Of a stretch of 61,890 bases of DNA, positions 1 to 9,341 are shown piece after piece. Location of the stretch: assembly GCA_903825245.1 (NCBI GenBank), contig CAIJZX010000029.1, positions 1 to 61,890 of the forward strand, written 5' to 3'. Made by a program: the position numbers and the translations under genes. Every line of letters starts with the position of its first letter. The stretch's first letter is position 1. The stretch is from Candidatus Kerfeldbacteria bacterium (GTDB lineage Bacteria > Patescibacteriota > Patescibacteriia > SBBC01 > CAIJZX01). A model generated the notes under the pieces. That model searched no databases, was not told the origin of the DNA, and was given only the letters and a program-made list of their open reading frames with translations.

Positions 1-2298
1 AAACTTGCCGGCTTCAATCTTCGAGACGTTGAGGAATTGGTTGATCAGCCGGATCATACGCTGCGATTCGCCGAGCAAATCGACGAGTATTTTTTGGTGT
101 TCCGGTTTAATTTTACCGAAATCCCCTTGTGTCATCATCGACAAGTATCCCATGATGCCCGTCATCGGCGTCCGCAATTGGTGCGAGGCGATTGATACGA
201 ATTCCGATTTCGCCCGGTCGAGTTCTTGCAAGTGTTTGTTGGCGTCTTCCAGCTGATCGTTCGTTTTGCGAATTCTATCGAAGAGCGTGATGTTTCGAGC
301 GACAACGCCGAGTTCATCAGCCATCGATTGCAAGGTTTCGATTTCGCGCTGGGAAATTTGCGCTCGCTCGCGTTTCGCCCCGACCTCAATCACGCCGATA
401 ACTTTTTGCTCGGACACAATCGGCACGAGAATCATGGTCCGAATGCCGATCGCCTTCTGCATCGCATTGGCAATGAGCTTCGGAATCGGCGGCGACAACA
501 CCTCTGCCATACTGTTTGAAAATCGAACTTCACCAGTATTGATGACATCATATGCTAGCGTATGTTGGCTTTGATTCGTTAGGTCTGTTGTGTACGTCGA
601 AACTTGCTTCGGTAACAATTTCATCGCTTTCGTTGTCAACGGTGTTTCGGTTACGGCGCGCGCGCGAAGCGTTTTCCCGTCGTCATCGAGTAAAATAAGA
701 ATCGCGCCTAAGAAACCGAGCTCCGTCGCAACAGCGTTAGCAATATTTTGTACGACCTTACCAAAATCAAGCGTACGGGTAATGTCCTTCGTAATCGTTT
801 GCAGGGTTTGCAACGACACGTTCCGATCGCGCAATTCTTTTGTTGCGTCGTCTACTTTTACTTTTAGATCTTCGCTGAACTCGCGGACTTCTTCGTACAA
901 GCTCGCTTTTTGAATCGCTGACCCGATTTGTGGCGCGAGGACATCAATCAACTGCGTATCCTCGTTCGAGAACGAATCGCCGGAGAGTTTTGGTCCAAGC
1001 GTTAAGACGGCAACGAGATGATTTTCCGAGAAAATTGGCGCAACCAGGGCAACACCAAGACGTTCAAACTCTGCTTTCGAAGCAATTTCCTTATCGCGAT
1101 CCGGTCCTTCCGGGGTATCTTCAATTTTTCGTTCTAACGCTTCGAGTAATGATAGGTGTTGGTGGTCGCGGACGAAACGAATAAGCGGGCTATCATTTGC
1201 AATAACAATATCTGTCTTAGGATAAACGTCCTCAGCGGTCACCGAAAACTTCGTCGTTTTGCCTTGTTTATCTTGGGTGCGCAGTAATATCAAGCTATTT
1301 TTTACTTTGAGACCTTGCGTCAGTTCTTTTTCAAGATCATCGAGCAGTTTTTGGAGATCGAGTTCTATTGAAATAATTGAACTTAGGTTTTGTAGTAGTT
1401 TTGTATATTCAATTTTTGCTTGAAAAAAGACCTTATCGGTAGTTTTTGACAATAATCTTTTTAACGGGTCTAAGCCAGTAACAACAAGTATGGCAATTAC
1501 TATTGAAATTCCAGTTCTAGCGCTAGAAGAGCCATTAAAAAATTGTGCAGAGAGTAATAATACAGAAATAAACAACAATGCTACTAATGTCACTAGAATA
1601 CCGTATATCAGTGACCTAGTAAGGACAACCCTAATATCGAGTAGCCTATGCCGTATGATCGCATAAAAAGTGAAGCCTACCCAAATTAATGAGCTTGGAC
1701 TATCAAGGAAGGCGAGATTTGGAAAACCGATTGATGTAAACAATACGCCAGCAGTTATAGCCAGAAGACCATATCCAACCATCCCGAATAAAGTGTATCG
1801 TAGTTGCTCTCTTAAAACCCCATGCGAATTTTTATAATATCTATTCGTAATAAGTACCACATAAATGAATGTAAAAAGTTGGGCTACCAACATCACATCG
1901 AACCATGGTCCGGACACACCCTTAAATACGATTGGGGATATTCTATGGATATTAGTTAAAAATCCTGGCAAAAATGTAATAAGAAAAACAAAAAGGCCAA
2001 GAATAATAAATGGTACTATTTTCTTTAGTGAAACAGATCTGCCTTCTACAAAGTACTGAACCCATATAATTCCTGCACAAGTCAAAGACACTCCAATTCC
2101 CCATATTGGTGGGAGTATTTGGGTCAATCCAGTCAATCGTAATAGAATATTTAAAACTCCAATCAAGGAAGACAATATGGCAATAACAAAAAACCATTGA
2201 TTAGAGATGTTTCTACTATTTCTCTTCAACGCAAGTATTCCAAGAAAAGCATTCGAAACCGCAGCTATCGACATTATTATTAATGCTGCTTGGTACAT
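1..2298 (-). CDS. Sensor histidine kinase: N-terminal 7TM (HisKA_7TM-like) domain, extra TM helices, two GAF-like domains, HisKA; 3' end runs off the window
   Basis: Not in the ORF track because it is truncated. Hand translation from ATG at 2298 (MYQAALIIMSIAAVSNAFLG...) is open to base 1. It contains hydrophobic helices ending FYAIIRHRLLDI, GAF-like segments (LVAPIFSENHLVAVLTLGPK; ILVPIVSEQKVIGVIEVG) and the H-box ELDRAKSEFVSIASHQLRTP. Confidence 0.9.
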   Translation of the reverse strand, partial: MYQAALIIMSIAAVSNAFLGILALKRNSRNISNQWFFVIAILSSLIGVLNILLRLTGLTQILPPIWGIGVSLTCAGIIWVQYFVEGRSVSLKKIVPFIILGLFVFLITFLPGFLTNIHRISPIVFKGVSGPWFDVMLVAQLFTFIYVVLITNRYYKNSHGVLREQLRYTLFGMVGYGLLAITAGVLFTSIGFPNLAFLDSPSSLIWVGFTFYAIIRHRLLDIRVVLTRSLIYGILVTLVALLFISVLLLSAQFFNGSSSARTGISIVIAILVVTGLDPLKRLLSKTTDKVFFQAKIEYTKLLQNLSSIISIELDLQKLLDDLEKELTQGLKVKNSLILLRTQDKQGKTTKFSVTAEDVYPKTDIVIANDSPLIRFVRDHQHLSLLEALERKIEDTPEGPDRDKEIASKAEFERLGVALVAPIFSENHLVAVLTLGPKLSGDSFSNEDTQLIDVLAPQIGSAIQKASLYEEVREFSEDLKVKVDDATKELRDRNVSLQTLQTITKDITRTLDFGKVVQNIANAVATELGFLGAILILLDDDGKTLRARAVTETPLTTKAMKLLPKQVSTYTTDLTNQSQHTLAYDVINTGEVRFSNSMAEVLSPPIPKLIANAMQKAIGIRTMILVPIVSEQKVIGVIEVGAKRERAQISQREIETLQSMADELGVVARNITLFDRIRKTNDQLEDANKHLQELDRAKSEFVSIASHQLRTPMTGIMGYLSMMTQGDFGKIKPEHQKILVDLLGESQRMIRLINQFLNVSKIEAGKF

Positions 2299-2305
2299 GA
2301 TTATT

Positions 2306-3517
2306 CTACTCCTTGATGGTTTTAAAGAATTCGATTACTTTATTTACGTCACCCTCTGTGTGTTGTGATGTAAAGTTAAAGCGCACACGACTTTCACCCC
2401 ATGGTACTGCGGGATACCTTACTACGGAAGCCATGATCCCGGCTATTGCCAATTCCTTCTCTACTTCGATGGATTTATTGTCATCACCAAGCATTACAAG
2501 CATAACTGGAGCGTTACCTCCAAGCACCTCAAACCCTAAATCAGCTATTCCGTGTTTAAATTGTTTGGCTAATAATATTATTTTTTTTCTGTCTTCAGAA
2601 GACTGTTTCACTAACTTAATTGATTCATTAACGGCTGCCGAAAGTATCGGCGGCAACGGCGCCGATAATATGCTTGTTTTTGATGCGACACGGATATAAT
2701 CAATCAAGTCATGATTACCGGCAACGAACCCCCCAAAAACCCCAAAGGCTTTTGTCATAGTGCCCATATAGAAATCCACATCTTTAATATTTTGATCAAA
2801 ATATTCGGGGGTACCGCCTCCATTCTCGCCTAAAACCCCAATAGCATCCGCATCATCAAGCCACAGCATAGCTGAATATCTTTTCTTTAGTTCAATAATT
2901 CTAGGGAGAGGCAATATACTACCATCTGTTGTAAACACTCCCTGTGTAATAATTAATTTTCTTTCCGTTTTACAATTTTTTAAAGCTTTTTCCAATTCGA
3001 CCATGTCATTATGTTTATATACAACCTTTTCACATTTCGCTAGTCTAATCGCATCATGTATACTTCCATGATTACTTTTGTCACTAAAAACCGTTATCTC
3101 ATCTCGTTTAGGATCACGTCCCGACATTCCCGGGATGTTAATCGGATTTATTATTGTGGGTAAGGCTCCAATATTAGCCATATAACCAGTTGAAAAAACT
3201 ATTGCGTCATCAGCCCCGATAAATGCTGCAAGGGTTTTTTCAAGTTCCTCGTGAATATCATGACTACCACCTAAAACTCTTGTCGAACCAGAGCTAATCC
3301 CATATTTCTTTAAAGCAGCAACTACTGCATCCTTAACCTTTTCATTATCTGACATCCCTAAATAATTATTTGAGGTAAAATTTAAAACCTCCTTGCCTCC
3401 TATTTGTACTTTTGATTTTGAACCAGATGTGTGAGAAATCGTTGGCTTTGGGAAAAGGCCAGCTTTCTTTATTATTTCTATAATAGCGGAGTAAACTGAG
3501 GTGGGAGAGCTATACAT
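2306..3517 (-). CDS. PLP-dependent alpha-oxoamine synthase family protein (BioF/Kbl/SPT/CqsA-like)
   Basis: Motifs NFTSNNYLG, FSTGYMANIG, NHGSI, GTMTKAFGVFGGF (PLP lysine), YPAVPWGESRVRF. Confidence 0.9.
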   Translation of the reverse strand: MYSSPTSVYSAIIEIIKKAGLFPKPTISHTSGSKSKVQIGGKEVLNFTSNNYLGMSDNEKVKDAVVAALKKYGISSGSTRVLGGSHDIHEELEKTLAAFIGADDAIVFSTGYMANIGALPTIINPINIPGMSGRDPKRDEITVFSDKSNHGSIHDAIRLAKCEKVVYKHNDMVELEKALKNCKTERKLIITQGVFTTDGSILPLPRIIELKKRYSAMLWLDDADAIGVLGENGGGTPEYFDQNIKDVDFYMGTMTKAFGVFGGFVAGNHDLIDYIRVASKTSILSAPLPPILSAAVNESIKLVKQSSEDRKKIILLAKQFKHGIADLGFEVLGGNAPVMLVMLGDDNKSIEVEKELAIAGIMASVVRYPAVPWGESRVRFNFTSQHTEGDVNKVIEFFKTIKE

Positions 3518-4367
3518 GTTTTTCGATAGGTTTATGGTTTGCTAAGTAATCTTTCTGCATCGCACGAAAATCAATTATAAGATTTTTGGTTATAGCACCA
3601 ACCGAACCCCCCAATATTAACTTATTATCAACTTGAGTTACTGGCATTATGTTCATTGATGTACTCGTAATGAAACACTCATCAGCAGTATATACTTCTT
3701 CCAAAGTGATATTATCCTCCAAATATTTATAGCCCGAATCGATTACTTCAAGTAATTTTATTCTTGTAACCCCATCTAATATATCGTTAATTTTTGCACT
3801 TTTTATAACTCCATCTTTCACAATAAAAAAGTTCGTTCTGGTACCTTCGGTTACAAATCCTTTACTATTGATCAGCAGACTATCCATTGCTCCCTGTTGC
3901 ACCGCCATCGAATATGCAACGTAGTTCAAGAGAGTATTAATTGATTTTGCCTTTGGAATAAATCTCTCGCCACGATATGTCACCAACTTTGCACCTTGAG
4001 AATAAATGGCATCCTTATAAAAGGTTAAGCCTAAATGGAAAATATATACATCTGAAGAAGTATTTTTCTCGGCATCCCCAAACATAATTATCCTAATTAA
4101 GCCATCTTTAATCTTATCGATTGAGCATTTCTTTTCTATCCATCCAGTTATATCGGTTTCAATATAACTATTGTTAATACCAAGTAGAGAGGCCGAATTC
4201 AAGAGTCTTTTAGCATGTAATTCTGGATAGAAAATCTTACCCTGTAGCACTTTTATTGACTCATATACACCATAATTAAACCATATCGCTTTATTCGAGA
4301 CGTGGACTGTTGCATCAGCGAAATTTAGTATTTCCCCATTACGAATTATTTTTTGATTATTATCCAT
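3510..4367 (-). CDS. Class IV (fold-type IV) PLP aminotransferase (IlvE/D-amino acid aminotransferase/PabC-like)
   Basis: YGVYESIK, KAKSIN (lysine), EGTRTNFFIV, ILDGVTR, ADECFITSTS; overlaps the next gene by 8 nt. Confidence 0.9.
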   Translation of the reverse strand: MDNNQKIIRNGEILNFADATVHVSNKAIWFNYGVYESIKVLQGKIFYPELHAKRLLNSASLLGINNSYIETDITGWIEKKCSIDKIKDGLIRIIMFGDAEKNTSSDVYIFHLGLTFYKDAIYSQGAKLVTYRGERFIPKAKSINTLLNYVAYSMAVQQGAMDSLLINSKGFVTEGTRTNFFIVKDGVIKSAKINDILDGVTRIKLLEVIDSGYKYLEDNITLEEVYTADECFITSTSMNIMPVTQVDNKLILGGSVGAITKNLIIDFRAMQKDYLANHKPIEKHV

Positions 4368-4428
4368 ATTTAATTTATCTCTATACCTAAACCGCTAGGC
4401 CAAGTAAGTTAGTATAGCATTAAAGCAT

Positions 4429-5106
4429 TCATTTCTTTCTCGAAATAATTAATACCGTTCCTCCAATTAAAAAACCACTAGGCAAAACGGCCAATAACGG
4501 ATTTGTAATAACTGCAAAGAAGGTTGCCCACAAATTTAATATAATTGCAGGAACACCGCCCACGACTATAGACGCTATTAGGATTGCTAGATTCTGTTTG
4601 TGTGGTCCATCAATCTTATTATATCTAATAATTAGCAATATTATTGCCAAAATGAAGAGGAACGCAATGGAAATTTGAAAAAAAGCAAACAATGGACCCG
4701 GAGTTAATATGCCAGGACTATTAGGCGTGATTTGATATGAAGAATATATTGTTTTTGTAAAGAAAGCCAGGCAAGAATAGATAATACCTATTGAAATAAA
4801 AAGTAGTTTATGTATTTTATCAAACCTAAAAATCGGATATGGATAAATAAAACTAAAATATATTAACGATAAAACGAAAATAATGGCAAATATAAAAATT
4901 GAGTTAACTGCTACGTTAATAAAAATACTTGGGTTAGTATATGAGGTTAGAGCATTTGAAATAACCCATAAACCGGTACTTATCACCATAATCGACATCA
5001 CTTTACGAATTTCGCTTTTCGAGTTTGTCACCCAAAAAAATACGCCGAGTATCAACTCCCCAATCCCCACCAAATACGTTAACGTCAGTAAAATATCTTT
5101 TGTCAT
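4429..5106 (-). CDS. Stand-alone HisKA_7TM-like membrane sensor domain protein (copy 4)
   Basis: About 7 hydrophobic helices. Start moved to the ATG at 5106 (MTKDILL), which overlaps the upstream TGA as ATGA. N-terminus LTYLVGIGELILGVFFWVTNSKSEIRKVM is shared with its neighbours. Confidence 0.8.
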   Translation of the reverse strand: MTKDILLTLTYLVGIGELILGVFFWVTNSKSEIRKVMSIMVISTGLWVISNALTSYTNPSIFINVAVNSIFIFAIIFVLSLIYFSFIYPYPIFRFDKIHKLLFISIGIIYSCLAFFTKTIYSSYQITPNSPGILTPGPLFAFFQISIAFLFILAIILLIIRYNKIDGPHKQNLAILIASIVVGGVPAIILNLWATFFAVITNPLLAVLPSGFLIGGTVLIISRKK

Positions 5107-5756
5107 TTCTTTCGTACGATATATGTTGTCGCCCCTAGCCAAACAATACTTGAAATCGGCCCATACAAGTAGTTATAGGGCACGTTTTCCATGAAGTGGA
5201 ATATTGCAAAGAACACACCTGGCAATCCGGCGATAAGCAATGAAAAAAAGATTATCATTGTGTTCTTTTTAGCTACACCTTCCAGTTTCGTTAATTTCCA
5301 TATAATTAACCCTAAACCCAAGAAATATAACAGGGCAAGGTAAAAATTGAACGCTGGAAAAATTGAACCTCCAGTTGTGTATCCAGCGTTATTTACAAGA
5401 TACATGTCCGCCACAACAACCCTTGTCCATAAAAGTAAGTAAGAAAAGAAAGCCCACGGAAGATATAGACCTAGCACATGTAGCCGATCGAAAGTAAATT
5501 TTCGATAAGGAAAAACAATGGCAAAGTGAACCATAGCCGTTAGTAACAGTGCGCCGAATACAAAAGGTAACACTCCAACCAATGAATACTCACTGTTTGT
5601 CATGGCGTTCGTTATCCCCCACCCTGCCGTCGCAAAAGCTAAGATCGCCATAACCCGTCGAATTTCACTCTTCGAATTCGTCGCCCAAAAGTAGATGGCG
5701 AGAATAAGTTCTCCGATACCAACCAAGTACGTTAATGCCAGTAGCAGTGTCTTCAT
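5103..5756 (-). CDS. Stand-alone HisKA_7TM-like membrane sensor domain protein (copy 3)
   Basis: Start at ATG 5756 (MKTLLL) with ATGA overlap; LTYLVGIGELILAIYFWATNSKSEIRRVM; ends WLGATTYIVRKK. Confidence 0.8.
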   Translation of the reverse strand: MKTLLLALTYLVGIGELILAIYFWATNSKSEIRRVMAILAFATAGWGITNAMTNSEYSLVGVLPFVFGALLLTAMVHFAIVFPYRKFTFDRLHVLGLYLPWAFFSYLLLWTRVVVADMYLVNNAGYTTGGSIFPAFNFYLALLYFLGLGLIIWKLTKLEGVAKKNTMIIFFSLLIAGLPGVFFAIFHFMENVPYNYLYGPISSIVWLGATTYIVRKK

Positions 5757-6427
5757 TTTCGCATGACTATGTAACTTGTTGTTCCCAACCAAATGATCGT
5801 CGAAATCGGTCCTATAAGTGGATAACTTCCGCCATTAGTAAAAATAGGCACAATAACATCTAAATAAATAGAAGGTAAACTACCTAAAAATAATGACAGC
5901 ATAACCCCTAATGTGTTCCGACGATGAATTCCGTCAGCCTTTTTATATTGCAACCAAAAAACTACGATGGAAATAAGAAAAACGATCAGGATGAAAAATG
6001 TATAAAAAGGATACAGCGGACCTCCCGACCATTTTCCTGAAACATTGGGGTTGAAAACTGATTGAGCAATACTTGGTTGATCTTTAACCAGAATTGCAGC
6101 AAACATGACCGATGGTATGTACATAAGTACATAATGTAATTTATCTAGACGTATCAGTGGATATGGATAAAGAAGGGCTAGATTAAACAACGCGGTAACC
6201 ATAAACGGCGCTAAAGAAAAAGTGAGGTTGTCTACGGATTTGATCACCTCGCTACTACCCGAATAGGACGTAAACGCATTCGCTACCACCCAAATTCCAG
6301 TGGCAAGAGAAAGAAAGGCCATTACCTTCCTGACTTCATTTTTCGAATTCGTTTTCCAAAAATAACCAGCCAGTAACAACTCTCCGAACCCAACCATATA
6401 CGTTAAGGTGATAAGAAATATTTTCAT
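5753..6427 (-). CDS. Stand-alone HisKA_7TM-like membrane sensor domain protein (copy 2)
   Basis: LTYMVGFGELLLAGYFWKTNSKNEVRKVM; ends WLGTTSYIVMRK; ATGA overlaps at both ends. Confidence 0.8.
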   Translation of the reverse strand: MKIFLITLTYMVGFGELLLAGYFWKTNSKNEVRKVMAFLSLATGIWVVANAFTSYSGSSEVIKSVDNLTFSLAPFMVTALFNLALLYPYPLIRLDKLHYVLMYIPSVMFAAILVKDQPSIAQSVFNPNVSGKWSGGPLYPFYTFFILIVFLISIVVFWLQYKKADGIHRRNTLGVMLSLFLGSLPSIYLDVIVPIFTNGGSYPLIGPISTIIWLGTTSYIVMRK

Positions 6428-7089
6428 TTCCGTGCCAAAACGTAAGTAGAAACGCTAAATAAAAGTAGTGCATGAAGACCGCCAATCGGAATCCTCGGAT
6501 GGCCGAGCGCCGGACGAATGACATCGAAGAACACCGCTAGTCCCGTCGTAACAAATAAGGTCAACACAAAGAGTCGAATCGAGCTTTGCGAAACGCCCTG
6601 CGCTAATGGAACTTTCTTCAGCAGTACTACAACACTAGCAATAAATAGGGTGCAGATAACTACCGGAAAGAGCCAAAAAAACAGGCCATACGTCTCATGA
6701 ATACCGCCGGAAACGAATTCGACGCTCTTCAGAAACGACGGATTGAGGAATATATAGGGCAAAAAGAACGCAATCGGCACGATCCAGAGCAGCGCATTTT
6801 TCACCGGAAGGCGTTTCGTCGGAAATGGAAAGAAGAGGCTAAACATCAGAATCATCGAAAACGTCCAGACGCCTCCGAAAAAACCAATCCGATCAAACAG
6901 AAGCGCAATTGAGGCGTCTTTTGTCGAAAAGAGTACTACTTGAGCCGTCATCATTATCGCCAAACCGACCAACACCCCGGAAAGATACAAGACCGAGTGG
7001 GAGCGTTGGTATTTCTTGACCATCCAAAACGCCGTGGCGATCGAAACCGCAATAAACACCGCGTAAATAGCGACGAGGAAGCTATTCAT
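6424..7089 (-). CDS. Stand-alone HisKA_7TM-like membrane sensor domain protein (copy 1, divergent)
   Basis: Same length and hydropathy pattern (FSLFFPFP, TYGLFFWLF, ends STYVLARK); more GC-rich than copies 2-4. Confidence 0.7.
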   Translation of the reverse strand: MNSFLVAIYAVFIAVSIATAFWMVKKYQRSHSVLYLSGVLVGLAIMMTAQVVLFSTKDASIALLFDRIGFFGGVWTFSMILMFSLFFPFPTKRLPVKNALLWIVPIAFFLPYIFLNPSFLKSVEFVSGGIHETYGLFFWLFPVVICTLFIASVVVLLKKVPLAQGVSQSSIRLFVLTLFVTTGLAVFFDVIRPALGHPRIPIGGLHALLLFSVSTYVLARK

Positions 7090-7286
7090 TGCGCATAGAC
7101 AATTTCCCGCTCCGGTTGTCCCGGGTGGGCAATAAAACTGATGTCACTACTTCTTTTTTTGTGATAACGCCTGAAAAGTCAGTCACGGCGAAGATGTATT
7201 AAAATACACCATGACTATAACAGAAAGACCGAAAAAATGCAAACTATACTGCTTTTAGCTGAAACCCACCAAAAATTGAAAACGCT

Positions 7287-8546
7287 TTACTGTTCTATGC
7301 CAAGAAATGTGTAAATAATTGAGCCAACCTTTACCTTGTTTGCCTCGGGCACTTTGCTATCCGCGGGTTCGCGCATTTCACCAACAACCTGGTTAAACAG
7401 AATCCGGGCTTTATTGGTTCGCAAATCTTGGATAACTACTTTCTTCGGTCCCAACCCATTATTTGTGGTAAAGATGGTAACCGGGACAAACCGGGATGTT
7501 GGGTCAAAGTGCTGCACCTCACCAGCAATGGTGATCTGACGATCACTGTTATGGGTAAAATTATGATACCACTCGCCGTTATTCTGGTAATAGTACCCCG
7601 CTAAATTGCGATCCAAGACGTCTGGATAATACTTAAGGATTGGGGTGATATTGGTAAAGGCAGAAGTCATCAGGTTAAAACGGACATATTGTGCGCCATA
7701 ATTATCGCTCGCCATATCACGCTTAAGAAAAATGACGCTTTGACCATCTGGTTCAAGCCATTGATACGTATATGTTAGCCCGGCATCACCGGTTGGCGAC
7801 TGAAAGTTCCGTTGAAGTTCTGTAAATGTCCCCGTTGATAAATCAACCATTCCTAAAACTTGCAAATTGAGTTCCTCTTGTGAATTAATTTGGATCAATA
7901 CCTTGGCATCAGACTGAAAATCTAAAACATCAATTTTGAGTGGAGCAACGTTACCAACGCCGAAGTCTTTTTGTTGAAGAGTTTTTGTTGAAAAAGTTTT
8001 TGTATCAAAAATGCGAAAGGAAAATACCATCGGACAAGGACCCTCTTTAACGACCGCACTACACGTAAGGTCAGTAGTAACTACATACGTACCGTCGGGA
8101 CTTTGTCGCGTTTTGATAAAAGGATTAGCGTCTGTTATTTGCTTGTCTGTCACCCGCACTGAGATAACCTTGCCCTGTTTATCGAGCGTCGTAATCGTGC
8201 CTATCGGCGCCGGCGTTATTGCAACAGAACTCTCTTTCTCTAAAAAATCAGTAATCGTCAATCCAGAAGGGGTAAACTTTGCTTGATCGGAATACATAAC
8301 AAGGTTTGAATCCGTAAATATTTTTCTTGGAGCTCCAGTCATTCCGTCTACACGATAGATGGTATTCCGACCGCGGGCATTTCCGGCAAGATCAAAGCCA
8401 GTGACCGATAAAGCCGAATAGTATGCCGAAAAATGAGTTTGGTTATTATTGATAATATTACCTAAATACCAGAAAGCTGTGCTACAAATAATGAAGAATA
8501 TGACGCTGACAACCGTTATATATGATGTACGTAATGTTCGATACAT
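7287..8546 (-). CDS. Membrane-anchored extracytoplasmic beta-propeller-like protein
   Basis: One N-terminal TM helix, then beta-rich repeats with SPDG/EPDG/DPTS turns (TolB/PD40-like). Confidence 0.6.
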   Translation of the reverse strand: MYRTLRTSYITVVSVIFFIICSTAFWYLGNIINNNQTHFSAYYSALSVTGFDLAGNARGRNTIYRVDGMTGAPRKIFTDSNLVMYSDQAKFTPSGLTITDFLEKESSVAITPAPIGTITTLDKQGKVISVRVTDKQITDANPFIKTRQSPDGTYVVTTDLTCSAVVKEGPCPMVFSFRIFDTKTFSTKTLQQKDFGVGNVAPLKIDVLDFQSDAKVLIQINSQEELNLQVLGMVDLSTGTFTELQRNFQSPTGDAGLTYTYQWLEPDGQSVIFLKRDMASDNYGAQYVRFNLMTSAFTNITPILKYYPDVLDRNLAGYYYQNNGEWYHNFTHNSDRQITIAGEVQHFDPTSRFVPVTIFTTNNGLGPKKVVIQDLRTNKARILFNQVVGEMREPADSKVPEANKVKVGSIIYTFLGIEQ

Positions 8547-8618
8547 AGTATAGAAAAATAAAAAGTGGGGTACTAAGAGTAAGAATACTCTGTTCCCCCA
8601 TGATTGAGAAGGTGCGAA

Positions 8619-9341
8619 TTAGAACTGTTTCATGTATGTCGGCTTGTAGGCCGTGTAGCCGCCCAGCTGATTCCACGCGAACGAGTGACGAGCAATCACG
8701 AAGGTTCCGTTGCGATCGACATTATTCGAGTCGATCAAATCCAGACCCCAACCGAGATTAGCCGCCACAATGGCACTATGTTCGCCAGGACTCAGATGCT
8801 GTATAACCCACCCAGTTTTCGCCTGGGTGATATCACAAGGTGTCATGTAACCGCTGTAGTCGTAACCACCACCAGGCAGCACCAGATGCCAGCCGTTTCC
8901 GATACCGTACGACGAACGGTACAGAACCAGATCGACGAAGAACTTGCAGTAGCCGCCGAGGTGACCACCACCATACGTCCCGTCGATACTTCCACGGTTA
9001 ACTGTCCCGCCAATGTAGCTGGTCATGACATTCAATGCAGTGTTATCACTGCGCACGTAGTCCCAGTCGCCGAGATGGATGCCCTTGTAGACGATAGTCG
9101 ACGACCCGGTCCGGTAGACGTTCAACGCATAGCATGCTTCACTAAACACGTTGTTACTCCAGTCCACACCGGTATACGTGGCATCCGGCGTTGCCACCGG
9201 CTTCTGGACGTGACTCGTGTCCGTAACTGCCTGGACGTCCGTTGCCGTCGGCTCAGTCATCTTGTTCACTTTCGAACAAGCGCCGAGAGACATGGCCAGC
9301 ATCATCATTGCTACGAGGCACTTCACCTGATTCGCCTTCAT
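8619..9341 (-). CDS. Lipoprotein with CHAP/NlpC-P60-like cysteine hydrolase domain
   Basis: Signal peptide with lipobox LGAC; Cys...His...acidic pattern GGYCKFFV / GEHSAIV / LIDSN; SD AAGGAG upstream. Confidence 0.7.
   Translation of the reverse strand: MKANQVKCLVAMMMLAMSLGACSKVNKMTEPTATDVQAVTDTSHVQKPVATPDATYTGVDWSNNVFSEACYALNVYRTGSSTIVYKGIHLGDWDYVRSDNTALNVMTSYIGGTVNRGSIDGTYGGGHLGGYCKFFVDLVLYRSSYGIGNGWHLVLPGGGYDYSGYMTPCDITQAKTGWVIQHLSPGEHSAIVAANLGWGLDLIDSNNVDRNGTFVIARHSFAWNQLGGYTAYKPTYMKQF

Noticed and set aside
5-2197. Short ORFs listed in 1-2200
   Set aside because: They are shadows or off-frame fragments of the truncated minus-strand histidine kinase (1-2298).
2306-3517. Calling this gene bioF
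   Set aside because: No other biotin genes in the window, an altered DxAH motif and a signalling context; only family-level assignment is supported.
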